NCBI RefSeq assembly: GCF_006345805.1
Contig: NC_043000.1
Coordinates: 86,056,001-86,120,000, forward strand
Length of the DNA: 64,000 nucleotides
Reading direction: 5' to 3'
From: Octopus sinensis
Lineage: Eukaryota
The position numbers were made by a program, and so were the translations under genes. Under the pieces are notes generated by a model. That model was not told the DNA's origin. It saw nothing but the letters and a program-made list of their open reading frames with translations, and made no database searches. This document shows positions 13,931 to 26,315 of this stretch, one piece after another (position 1 is the stretch's first letter; every line of letters begins with the position of its first letter).

Positions 13931-14140
13931 AATGACCGCATGTGTATTGTTGGGGATTTTTATCCTCCATCTTCCCTTCCTTGGATCTTTCCTTTTCCTA
14001 TATTTCTGACGAAGAGCTCCACTCAAAATCTTAAATCCTCCTTCTTCCTTTCTTTTCCTGAGTGTCCAATAACACTGTACTTGTTCCACGTCCTTGCGTT
14101 GTTGTGTTTTCTCTTTGTGTTTGCATGTTTGGATTAACTT
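13931..14140 (+). mobile_element. Short Penelope-like 3' terminal fragment in (TA)n
   Basis: tctgacgaagagctccactcaaaatc plus a ttcctgagtgtccaataacactgtacttgttcc...gtttggattaa tail homologous to 52345-52470. Confidence 0.65.
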
Positions 14141-14145
14141 TATAT

Positions 14146-14179
<34 letters not shown>

Positions 14180-14186
14180 ATATATA

Positions 14187-14217
<31 letters not shown>

Positions 14218-14420
14218 CATACATACATACATATACATATATATATAAATATAATTATATGAAGTTAAGTATATGTCCGGTTATTGAGTGGCCAATGGTT
14301 GCACATCCATAAAGGAGATCCATTGGTCGCTCTATGATTGGACATAGACTTAACTGCATTTAAATACATTACTACTCTATACTTTAGACTCTACTTCCTT
14401 TGGGATATATGATACATTGA

Positions 14421-14477
<57 letters not shown>

Positions 14478-15611
14478 AGCATGTATGTACACACACACGC
14501 ACACACATATATGCATGTATGTACGAGTATACACAGACACAGACACACACACTCATGCATAAGTATATCATCTCCAGTGTTATTTTCTTTCAGTCAGTCC
14601 CTCATATATGCTGCATTCATAATGAACCTTCACTATGTTTATTATTTTCAAATCATTTTTCTAAGAAATATTGACTAGATACAAATATTCACTATCCATA
14701 AATATTGATTTAATATTTCTTCTTGTCTGCTTTTGGTTGACTTGTTTGGAAGAAAGAAAGAAAGGAAGGATGAAAGAAAGAAGTAAGCAAACAAAAATTA
14801 ATGCCACAGCTTAAATACATTACTACTTTCACTAAAGTACTCCAAATAACTTGTACTAAAGATGCATCCATTTGTCTATATGTTCAGGTTGTGGCTCTGG
14901 TGATTGGGGAAGGAGCAAGCCAGCATTATTTTAAAAGTTTGATGACATGACATTAAGAAATCTATGATTGGTCATTGATATCAATGTCTACCTCACTGTA
15001 ATTTGTTATGACAAGGATTACAGCAAAACCCAATGGAATTTTCATTTGAAAATATCTCTGTTATTGATATTAAAGAAGGTAAGACAGACAAAGAGTTTAG
15101 CATAGAAAACATAAAAACATGAAATAATCAATTGAAACATAGCAACAAAAACAACAGCAGCAACAACAACAACAGCAGCAGCAGCAGCAGCAGTTGTAGT
15201 GGTGGTAACTGAAATGATAGTGGTTGTTGCATATGGTAGCAAAAGTTATGGAGAAAGTGACGGCGGAGATGGAGGAGATATGTGCCACATGGCCAAAGAT
15301 TGCAATCCTCTTCAATCAACAATGGCTGCCTTGCTTATTCATGATAGCTTATACCCTGTTGATGACTTAATTTACAAGGTAGTAGTGGAGGTAAGGGCTC
15401 TCATTAAAATTTATTTCATGTTACTTGTGCTCAAAGCATGAACTGGAACCATCATATGTCAAAAGATTGATCCCTTCTCTTATCAATCACTATCACACTA
15501 CTCAGTGAATTGGCAATACTCACATCCACACACATATACATACATGATTACATACATCCCCTGCCACACTTGTGTGTGTGCATGAATAAACATAGATAGC
15601 TCTCTATATAC

Positions 15612-16630
15612 TGAGTTCATCAAGGATTAGTTCTCAACCTCCTCTTGTTTATCATAGTCCTCTAGGTCATAACAGAGGAATTTTAGACTGGTTGCCCTTA
15701 GGAGCTCCATGACACTGACAACTGTGTTCTTATTGCTGAATCCATACCAAAACTAGAGAAGAAATTCCAGGTGTGGAAGCAAGGTCTGGAATCAGAGGGC
15801 CTTAGAGTTTTTTTAGCAAAGACCAAAGTCCTAGTAAGTAGGAAAAGACAAATCAGTTACTGCTTTAGGGAGATGGCCCTGCTTGATATGTAGAAAATGG
15901 GTAGATAGAAACTCCATATGGTACACCCAGTATAAGCTATGGACACATAAGTGGTGCAGCAGTATCACAAGAAGGTTAACAGACAAAGTAGTCTTTGTGT
16001 GTGGCATATGTGTAGGTACAATAAACTCACTAGGAATGTACAGAAAATAGACACTCTCAAATGTCTGGGTGTGTCCTTAGAAGTAGTAGTTTCTGTTACT
16101 TAGGTGACCAAGTTAGCAATGGAGGAGGGAACTCTGTAAGTGTAGTTGCTAGCATAAGAATGGGCTGGGTAAAGTTCAGAGAGCTACTACCTTTGTTGGT
16201 AACAAAAGACCTCTCCCTCAGAGTGAAATGCAGATTGTATGATGTCCATGTGTGAACAACTATGTTGCATGGCATTGAAACATATGCTGTGACTAAAGAG
16301 GACATGCAAAGGCTTGAAAGAAATGAAGCCAACATGCTCTACTAGATTGGCAATGTCAGTGTACATATATGACAGAGTGTAAATGATTTAAGAGAAAAGC
16401 TGGGTATATGAGGCATCAGAAGCAGTGTGCAAGAGACTGTGCTGGTATGGTCATGTGATGCATATGGATGAGGACAGCTGCATAAAGAAATGCCAATCTC
16501 TAACTGTGGCAGGGGTAAACCCAGGGACAATGTGGTGAGAATGATCTTCAGAGGTTGAGCCCCACAGAAGAGATGATAAGGGACCAAGACAATTGATAGT
16601 TTGATAGTTTGCCATACTTCAGAAAACACA
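15612..16630 (+). pseudogene. Degraded RTE-clade LINE RT/3' fragment
   Basis: VHQGLVLNLLLFIIV, TEEF.TGCP.EL, FCYLGD, ASIRMGWVKFRELLPLL and RLERNEANML motifs. Confidence 0.8.
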
Positions 16631-16655
16631 TTAAATTAAGTAAAATAATGGCCAT

Positions 16656-16888
16656 CTTATTTCTTTACTACACACAAGGGGCTAAACACAGAGAGGACAA
16701 ACAAGGACAGACAAACGGATTAAGTCGATTATATCGACCCCAGTGCGTAACTGGTACTTAATTTATCGACGACGAAAGGATGAAAGGCAAAGTCGACCTC
16801 GGCGGAATTTGAACTCAGAATGTAGCGGCAGACGAAATACCGCTAAGAATTTCGCCCGGCGTGCTAACGATTCTGCCAGCTCGCCGCC
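16656..16888 (-). mobile_element. SINE family B, young copy
   Basis: Minus strand ggcggcgagctggcagaatcgttagcacgccgggcgaaat...gagttcaaattccgccgaggtcgactttgcctttcatcc. Further copies at 26022, 35468, 39697, 45218 and 45908. Confidence 0.8.
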
Positions 16889-17329
16889 ATCCATTACATA
16901 CAATCATGTCATTTATAGCTATAACAACCTCTACCTTTCTCACACACACACACAGATGCATAATTCTGTCCTCTGGTTGAACCCACCCACAACTTACCTC
17001 CCCCAAACCCCTACCACCCACTGCATTCCTCCAGGTCCTCTCACTATCGCTTGCTATCCCTAAATATCTCCTCTCACTCTCTTATGGTACATCTCTATCC
17101 CCTCTGTACTTCTTATACTCTTCTCCACTGTTCTTTGTGGATAGGTACTTTCTCTCTCAATCTGACAGTCTCCTTTCTCTCTCTTACCTCTCTCCCTTTC
17201 CTTGTCCTGGGTTGCAAAGTATCTCCTCTGTAGGAAGACAACTATTTCTGTCCCTCTGTCATACTCCAACCTTTTGCCTTGCATATGGCCTCCTCCCTCA
17301 GGTGAGACATTCTTGTCTTGAAAAGCTAC

Positions 17330-17637
17330 TTGGCAACCCCAAGAGTGCTGGAGCCATGTAAAAAGCACCCATGCCATACCACATATAATGCACTCGTGCT
17401 GGCATCACATGAAAAACACTCGTGTTGGTTTGACATAAAATGCAACCATGCTGGTGTCACATAAAAAGCACCTAGTACACTTTGTAAAGCGGTTAGTATT
17501 AGGAAGGTCATCCATCCATAAAAACCATGTCAAATCAGGTAACTGGAACCTGGTGCAGCCCTACAGCTTGCTAGCCCCTGTCAAGCCATTTGACCCATGC
17601 CAGCATGGAAAATGGATGTTAAATGGTGATGATAATG
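17330..17637 (+). mobile_element. Degenerate RTE-tail repeat
   Basis: catgtaaaaagcacc units and a ccatgccagcatggaaaatggatgttaaatg tail. Confidence 0.65.
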
Positions 17638-17746
17638 AATTATCATATTCACAGTGAATTTGAAGTTCCATTAATTGCAGTTTGTTCAAATTAAACGAAC
17701 TATAGTTGGAAAATTTCGAAGTCACTGTCAATAAAATTATAATATA

Positions 17747-18075
17747 TGGTAAGTAGCTTGCTTACCAACCACATGGTTCCAGGTTCAGTCCCACTGTGTG
17801 GCACCTTGGGCAAGTGTCTTCTACTATAGCCTCGGGCCGACCAAAGCCTTGTGAGTGGATTTGGTAGAAGCAAAAATGAAAGAAGCCCGTTGTATATATA
17901 TATGTATATGTGTATATATGTGTGTGTTTTTATGTGTTTGTCCCCCCAACATCGCTTGACAATCGATGCTGGTGTGTTTACATCCCTGTAACTTAGCATT
18001 TCGGCAAAAGTGACCAATAGAATAAGTACTAGGCTTACAAAGAATAAGTCCTGGTGTCGATTTGCTCAACTAAAG
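17747..18075 (+). mobile_element. SINE family A (tRNA-like head, CORE-like gcaccttgggcaagtgtc, internal microsatellite)
   Basis: ggtaagtagcttgcttaccaaccacatggttccaggttcagtcccactg...ccttgtgagtggatttggtag. Copies at 25608(-), 44620, 52495(-), 55310(-), 60030 and 63010. Confidence 0.8.
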
Positions 18076-19105
18076 AGTAAAAGAGTAATACCTCTGTTCA
18101 GTCTATGCTCATTTCTTTTATGTATTTAAAATATTGAGTTTAAACTTATATAGCACTGCTATATAGTGTAGGGTAGCCATAAATCTCCACTACAGGAAGA
18201 CACCTGTTCCTGCCCATTTTATTAAATTTTAGCCTTTCCACAAGTGGCATAAAGCTACCTTCCTCAATACTACACTCATTCAGGGAGTATTGTCATACAA
18301 GTTACATGGCAACCTCATTAGTGCTAGTGCCTCAAAAAAAGAAAAAAGCACTCAGTAGACTCTGTATAGTGGTTGGCTTTAGATAGAGCATACAGTAGTA
18401 GAGATCATGCTGAAGTAGAAATTGCACTCATATTCTACAAAATCACTGCCCAGTAATATAACAAAGCATGTGCTCTCAGACAATCAACGCCCAGTACAGT
18501 AAGATAACCTATATACTGCCTACAACTCATATTCTACCAGTGCCAACTAATAATTTATTATGACCCACACAACCCACACAGCACATACTTTACACAATCA
18601 CCAGCCAACATTAGAATTACATAACATCTCACACCCAACAAAATAACACAACTGACATTACACATACAAAAGCAATCACCACAGCTTGTGTAACATTATT
18701 ATAAATAATAAACAGACAAAACACTGAAGAAATATTGTTTTGTTGTGGAATTTGTTTTGTTTTGGGTGTTTCTTCTCACTGCCTTTTCTTCTGTTACTAC
18801 AATAGCTTTTGACCTTTTGAAATTGCAAGTTGTTTACCATTTCTGCTCCAGGACATTTAACATGTATCATTTTCCTCCTGTCCATCAGTGTGTCATCTAC
18901 AACACCATTATATGCTTTCGTCAATCTTTTCTTCCCTAAGTTGTAGGGCTCTGGAACTCATTTTCTATGCATGTTTTCCCTTCCTAAGTTCAATGATACC
19001 ATCAGGAATATATATATATGTAGGTCCCGGGTTGATTCGGGGTTAACCACAGTAAATAAGGTACTCAATACATAGCAGAGTAAAATTAATTTATTATATA
19101 GAAGG

Positions 19106-19156
19106 AGCTTCTACAGGACTAGAACTGTTTCATTCAAGAGAAATCTTCAGGAAGCT
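19106..19156 (-). ncRNA. Hammerhead ribozyme motif (sense to the PLE ORF)
   Basis: Reverse complement reads agcttc-CTGAAGA-tttctcttgaat-GAAACAG-ttctagtc-CTGTA-gaagct. Confidence 0.75.
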
Positions 19157-19735
19157 AGTTAACAAGAATTGTATTGGCATTTATACATTTAGGCAGGTTT
19201 AAAGGGGTGTTGGTGGGGGACTTTTTGGGGGTAGGCATAGCGCAAAATATCATACTTGGGGGAGTAGTCAAGGAGTCAGTGTTAAATTAGATAGAAGAAT
19301 AAATAAAAAAATAAAAAAATATATATAAAAAAAAGGGAATAGAGTTTTAGGTAAATAAGGGGATTCTCACTTATACCTATGCACATATGTATACATATAT
19401 ACACACACATACAAACATATATACATATACAAACACACATACATACACACACACATATATACATATATATACACTTACCCATACATATACATATCTACAC
19501 ATACACATATATGTATACATACACACACTCACATGCATACACGTATACACACATGTATATATACACACACGACCACACATACATATGCACACAGAAAAAT
19601 ATATATACACATACACACACATACTCACATACACGCATACACACACATGTCCATACACACACATGCACACACAGCACACTAGTCCCTATATACACATATA
19701 TACACATACACACACATATATACACACACATACAT

Positions 19736-19766
<31 letters not shown>

Positions 19767-20183
19767 CATATGTGTACCTATGCATACCTACACATACACA
19801 CATATATATACACATACAAATACAGACCCATTCCCTAATTTTAAATTTTATTATCTTCATTTATTACTTTTGTTATCTTTGACCACTGGTCACAAACCTC
19901 TTGGCTATGACAGCCAGTCCATTTATCTGTCTACTGGAAAACAAGCACTCATTCACTCACGCACACTCTTTAGCACGTACACTCACTCATTCGTACACTC
20001 ATACACATACACGCACGCACGCGTTATATTCATACATACATACATCTACATACATTCACGTATATACACATACGTACGCGTACCTACAGATTCATGTCTA
20101 CACTCTTAGAAGACTAGTCTATACATATACACCAATAAATATAAATACACACACATACATATACACCTACATACAAATATACA

Positions 20184-20220
<37 letters not shown>

Positions 20221-20483
20221 CATATATATACACATATATATATATACACATATATATATATATATACACACATACACATATATACATATATATACACACA
20301 TACACATACATACATATACACACATACACATACATACGTATACATACATCCATACATCCATACATACTACATTTATACACATACACACACCCACACGTAT
20401 ACATATACATACATATATATACGCGCATGCATACACATACAAATACATACACATACGCATATACATATACATACATACATACA

Positions 20484-20527
<44 letters not shown>

Positions 20528-20979
20528 TAATACATACACAAACATATACATACATACATATACAATATACGCACACACATACATACATACTCATATACAC
20601 ATACACGCACATACACATGTACATGCGTACCCGTACCCATACACACACACGCGCATCCATATATACACATAAGTACACACATGCGTAAAAGTATACATAT
20701 ATCTATGCTTACACATACACACACACACACGCTCCTCCTTATATTCATACTTACATGCATACTAAAAAAATAAGTAAATAGTAAAATATATATACGCGCA
20801 GTTATTCATACATGCATACTCAAAAAATAAATAATAAATATTAAGTATATGTACGTGCAGTTACCTATTATATAGACGGATACATACATATAAACTTACA
20901 CACATATATATATATATACATATATACATATACATATATACACACATGTATACATATACATATATATACATATATATAT

Positions 20980-21010
<31 letters not shown>

Positions 21011-21211
21011 CATACTTACACACATGTACAAATACATACACACATAGATAACTCTACATACCTACATATACATAAACACACGAGCGTACACGTATATGTA
21101 CATATACACATACACATACACACGCATATATATACATACATACATACGCATACACACATATATACACACACACACATATCATATATATATATATATATAC
21201 ATATAATATAT

Positions 21212-21244
<33 letters not shown>

Positions 21245-21708
21245 CATTATATTATATATATACATATACACACACACAATACATGTGTGCAAACATACAT
21301 ACATACTCATACACGCACACACACTTACATATACATATATACACACACTTACACACATATATACATACACATATACATACATACATACATACATATATGC
21401 ATACATACACACACACATATATATATATACATACATACACATACACATACATATACCCATATACATGCATATATACACACACATATATATACACATCTAC
21501 AATTTGTATCTACACTCACATACATGCACATACACATAACTCTACATACCTACATATACATCGACATACTCGCGTACATCTATATATACACATATATACA
21601 TATACACAACACATACATATACATATACATATATATATATATAATATATACATAATACACATATACACACACATACATATACATTATATATATATATACA
21701 CAACACAC

Positions 21709-21739
<31 letters not shown>

Positions 21740-22033
21740 ATACATACACACATACACATACATGTACATATATATATATATATACATACACATATATATA
21801 CACACACATACATATATCAACAATTGAGGGTAAAGTTAATTAGTTATTAATCAATTTCACCAAGTATTCAGTATGTAAAAGGACCATTATTTTTTTGAGT
21901 AAACAATGTCTGAGGGAAAATATTCTCTAAGTAGTGGAAGAGGTTAAAAAACTTTTTTGGCTGCTATTTCTAGAAAGTTCAGTATGTGGCAAAGTAATTT
22001 ATTTTACTAAGCCCTAATTATATAATATTTTAT

Positions 22034-22072
<39 letters not shown>

Positions 22073-22110
22073 TACATATGCATACACACATATATACATA
22101 TATACATATA

Positions 22111-22141
<31 letters not shown>

Positions 22142-22361
22142 GCACATACATATATATATATATATTTTTTTTTACATACATACACACACACACGCACATA
22201 ATACATGCGTATATTCCTACTATACCCATACATTTCTATACATATATACGATACACATATACAAGCGTGCACATACAATATGTGAAAGGTCTTAGGAGAA
22301 AAGGTAATCGGGGGTGCTAGGGGAACGGTGGGATTGGGGGGGTTTTGTGGGTGGGGTGTCA

Positions 22362-22745
22362 TCAATCTGGTTGCCGGGTAGGTCTATAGTTCTTGTAGTT
22401 CGCATACTTCTTATGCATGCAGTTTGGGGAGTGTTCTGAGATTTTGTTATGGAGAGGGCCTTTGGCGAACAAGATCTCTAGGCTCTCCGATATGCAGAGG
22501 TCACAGCAGGTATGGCCTCCTGTGTACGAGCGCGCCTTCTGTAGTAGTTTCCACTTGGTCTTGAAGGGGATGGAGTTCCTTTTAAGGTACCAGATGTGGG
22601 CGGCGAGGGTAGTTTGGTTGGATTTATCCTGTCGCCGGAACGAGTGTGTGTGTGCGTACCAACGGGTCTTAAAGCTGTTTGACGTCATTCCGATGTAGGA
22701 TTTTCTTTTATCGTCAGGGCCTGATCTTACCTCGCATGTATAACA
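22362..22745 (-). pseudogene. Penelope-type GIY-YIG endonuclease C-terminal fragment
   Basis: YTCEV...SYIGMTSNSFKTRWYAHTHSF...TTLAAHIWYLK...WKLL...CDLCISESLEI...NCMHKK. The N-terminus is replaced by the inverted pLTR. Confidence 0.85.
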
Positions 22746-22868
22746 CTGACTCCTTGACCACTCCCCCAAGTATGATATTTTGCGCTATGCCTACCCCCAA
22801 AAAGTCCCCCACCAACACCCCTTTAAACCTGCCTAAATGTATAAATGCCAATACAATTCTTGTTAACT

Positions 22869-22919
22869 AGCTTCCTGAAGATTTCTCTTGAATGAAACAG
22901 TTCTAGTCCTGTAGAAGCT
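22869..22919 (+). ncRNA. Hammerhead ribozyme motif (inverted pLTR copy)
   Basis: Stem I agcttc/gaagct; core CTGAAGA; stem II ttc/gaa; GAAA; stem III acag/ctgt; GTA cleavage triplet. Confidence 0.75.
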
Positions 22920-22937
22920 CCTTCTATATAATAAATG

Positions 22938-22972
<35 letters not shown>

Positions 22973-23801
22973 AAACTGGTGATTGTGTTTGCAATGATGG
23001 TGATAGTAAATCTAGGAACATTTGTTAACTGTCAGTTTGGTTTCCACGAGGAAAAGGAAAATTGACGTTTTGTGTTGGCACTGACATCAAAAGGCAACAC
23101 TCTGAAATATCAACATATTCTACTTCCTATGGAAACCAAACATATTGACACATAAGAAACCAATGAATGAAATGGTAGGGATTCACTGGGATTGGGTGTT
23201 TCTTTATTTTTAGCACAAATCCATGGGGTTTTCTATGTCTACTCTGCCTGTTTTCCAACTTCAAGCTTCATGGACTTAGTGTATCTGTTGATTCTAAAAT
23301 CTATTTTTATCACTACAACAAGCTGTTGTACATTTGCATATGTTCAAGCTGATTGTCAACCTTCCTAATCAGTGAAAACTTTCAAAGATTATGATCTTCA
23401 CTTTTCTTCCTCTGATTAGAGTATAAAAAAAAATCTATGATTTGGTGCAAACTTCCCCAAAATGCAGAGAACAGAAAGTTTAGGTCAATTCTTTCAAGAA
23501 GTTACTTAACTTTAATATTTGTGACATTAAGTAGATAAAAGATCTCTCCCTAGAAAGGATGGAAGTTTATTGAAGATAACATTCCTTAAAAGTTTTGGTA
23601 GCTATTTCCAATAGCCAGGTGAATAGAAGGACAAAATATAAAGTTGAGAGATACAATGATGTAAGTGCTGAAGGTAGATATTCATGTGTAAGATTTATGC
23701 AAGTTATAAAACTCTCTTCAGTGTCTTTGTTATTACATAAATGGTATTAAGTCATATTAAAACAATTGTAATATTTTCTTTAGATCAGTTAAATATATAT
23801 A

Positions 23802-23876
<75 letters not shown>

Positions 23877-24499
23877 ATAATATTAGGGAGTATAACTCCA
23901 AACTTACAGGGACAAATTCAATTTAGTATTGAATCAAATTTCACAATATAAATATATAATAATAGTGGTTTTTTCTCTAATATATATTTTATATATGTAT
24001 ATATATTTATTATTTGAGGGAATAAAATCCAAACTTACAAGGAAAAAAATTTAATTTAAAAATACTAAATCAAATTTCACACAATATAATATATATATAA
24101 AAAATTAGAAAAAAAAACACCTTTTATCAATTCAAAATGAACAATTAAATTACACCATCTAGAAAATTATATATAATAGAAAAGTTAAAATTAAAATAAC
24201 AATAAAATGTAAAGAATAAGTAAATTGCAAAAATAATAATAAAAACATATATAATAGGTAGAAAATTTAATTTAACACACTTTTAGGTGTGTTAAATTAA
24301 ATTTAAATTATATATATATATAGATAATGTATATATATATATGTATATGTATATCACAAATTAAGTTTTGTTTTAGCCAATGTTTTTCATAAGAAACTTA
24401 TTATCATTCATTTATATGACACTCAGTTTTTTTTCTGGCAACTCCTTCACGTGATCTTACTACTCGTAATTCTATCTTCTTTTAAAATACTAATAAGTG

Positions 24500-24830
24500 G
24501 AGTCATTATGGCCAAAAAGTTAAGAAGTTTATTTCACAACCACAAGGCTCTGTGTTTGATCCTATTGCATAGTAACTTGGGCAAATGTCCTTTCAACAGT
24601 CTTGGGGTTAACCCATTTGTTGTGAGTGAAATTGGGTAGACACAAATTATATAGAAACTATAATTTACCTGTAATTCAAAAAGTGCACCCTTGTTACAAA
24701 CTTTGTTACTCTGCAAATTACACTAAGGACGCACATTTCTGTGGAATACTCAGCCACTAATATGTTAAATCAGGATCAGGTAATTCAGTTGCTTAAACTA
24801 CAGAATCCTCATTGCCAGCTGACAGAGATT
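24500..24830 (+). mobile_element. Old SINE: family-A head joined to OR-type tail 2 (similar relic at ~28400-28660)
   Basis: acttgggcaaatgtc...ttgtgagtgaaattgggtagac followed by ctgtggaatactcagccact. Confidence 0.5.
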
Positions 24831-25607
24831 GATCACTATGTATAGTTGAATCTCCATAATTTGCCTAATTTAGTTGTTTAATACCAGTTTAACTCAGAAA
24901 GAGCAGACCTATGAAAAAAGACATTCTAGCCATGACGATCTATCTTATTTTCAGATATATTCAAGATCACATAAGCTATCTGTGTTTTTCTTTTTGAAGG
25001 CAGTTAAGTATGCTGCTACTTCTAGCAGGCTTAGCTACCATGTAGAGGATCATTTATTGTCTGTTTTTTTTAAAAATTTATTTACATGCTATCAACGTAT
25101 TTTTATTAAATGTCATAAAATATATCTTTCTTTTATCATGTAATCTCTTCTTGATGATGTATGTGGACATTAGCCAAATAGTTTTTAGATTATTGGTAAT
25201 TCCAGTAATGTCAGTAATTTCCTTAATCCATTATTTTGCAAGGAACAAATGAACAATAATTCTAGATCTGTGTTCTCTCTCTGTCTCTCTGACATGCACG
25301 CACACGCACACACACACACACACACACACCTAAAAGCAAAATTAATAGAGGTCCCAAAAGTGATGGAGGGTACTGACCAGCACCAGCTATTGCTAGAAAC
25401 AAGAGTTAAAACAACTCAAAAGCCTTGAAGCACAGTACTTAATGACTGACAAAAGGAGGTAAGTCCCCAGCGTACATAGTCGGATTGAACGATTTTGGAT
25501 TTTGGTGCATATCATCTTAATCCACGCCAGCAACTCTTAACACCTAGGGTTATACTCAACTACCTTTGTCAACCTTATAAGAAAAACCATCAATCTATCT
25601 AACTATA

Positions 25608-26310
25608 TTCTTTTATTCTTTTATTTGTTTCAGTTATTTGACTGCAGCCATGCTGGAGCACCGCCTTTAGTCAAACAAATCTACCCCACAACTCATTCTT
25701 TGTAAGCCTGGTACTTGTTCTATCAGTCTCATTTGCTGAATTGCTAGGTTATGGGGATGCAAACACACCAACATCGGTTGTCAAGCAATGGTGGGGGACA
25801 AACACAGACACAAAAACATATATATATAAATACATGCATACATATATATATATATTATATATATATATATATATTAACATATACGATGGGCTTCTTTCAG
25901 TTTCCATCTACCAAATCCACTCACAAGGCTTTGGTTGACCCAAGGCTATAGCAGAAGACACTTGCCCAAGGTGCCATGCAGTGGGACTGAACCTGGAACC
26001 ATGTGGTTGGGAAGCAAGATTCTTATTTCTTTATGGCCCACAAGGGGCTAAACATAGAGGGGACAAACAAGGATAGACAGAGGGATTAAGTCGATTACAT
26101 CGACCTCAGTGCTTAACTGGTACTTAATTTATCGACCCTGAAAGGATGAAAGGCAAAGTCGACCTCGGCAGAATTTGAACTCAGAACATAACGGCAGACG
26201 AAATACCGCTAAGCATTTTGCCTGGTGTGCTAACGTTTCTGCCAGCTCTCCGCCTTTGATAATGTTTCTGCCAGCTCGCCACAAGCTTCTTACTACACAA
26301 CCACACCTGC
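25608..26310 (-). mobile_element. SINE family A with nested SINE family B (26022-26282)
   Basis: The family A sequence is interrupted at ggaagcaag and resumes at caagcttcttactacacaaccac after a full family B copy. Confidence 0.8.
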
Positions 26311-26315
26311 ATGTA

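Larger units (their letters stand above)
19020..22937 (-). mobile_element. 5'-truncated Penelope-like element with inverted pseudo-LTRs
   Basis: ~196 bp near-identical inverted repeats at 19088-19284 and 22741-22937, each with an HHR. A GIY-YIG ORF abuts the right repeat. About 3 kb of internal CA/TA low-complexity DNA. Confidence 0.85.

Noticed and set aside
18676-18924. ORF with a weak piggyBac-like YNxxVD resemblance
   Set aside because: Too short and ambiguous to call.
19282-22320. Many overlapping Y/I/H/T/C/V ORFs
   Set aside because: Translated TA/CA low-complexity DNA.
22990-23101. Possible minus-strand terminal exon after tttcag
   Set aside because: Short frames, no recognisable homology and no donor.
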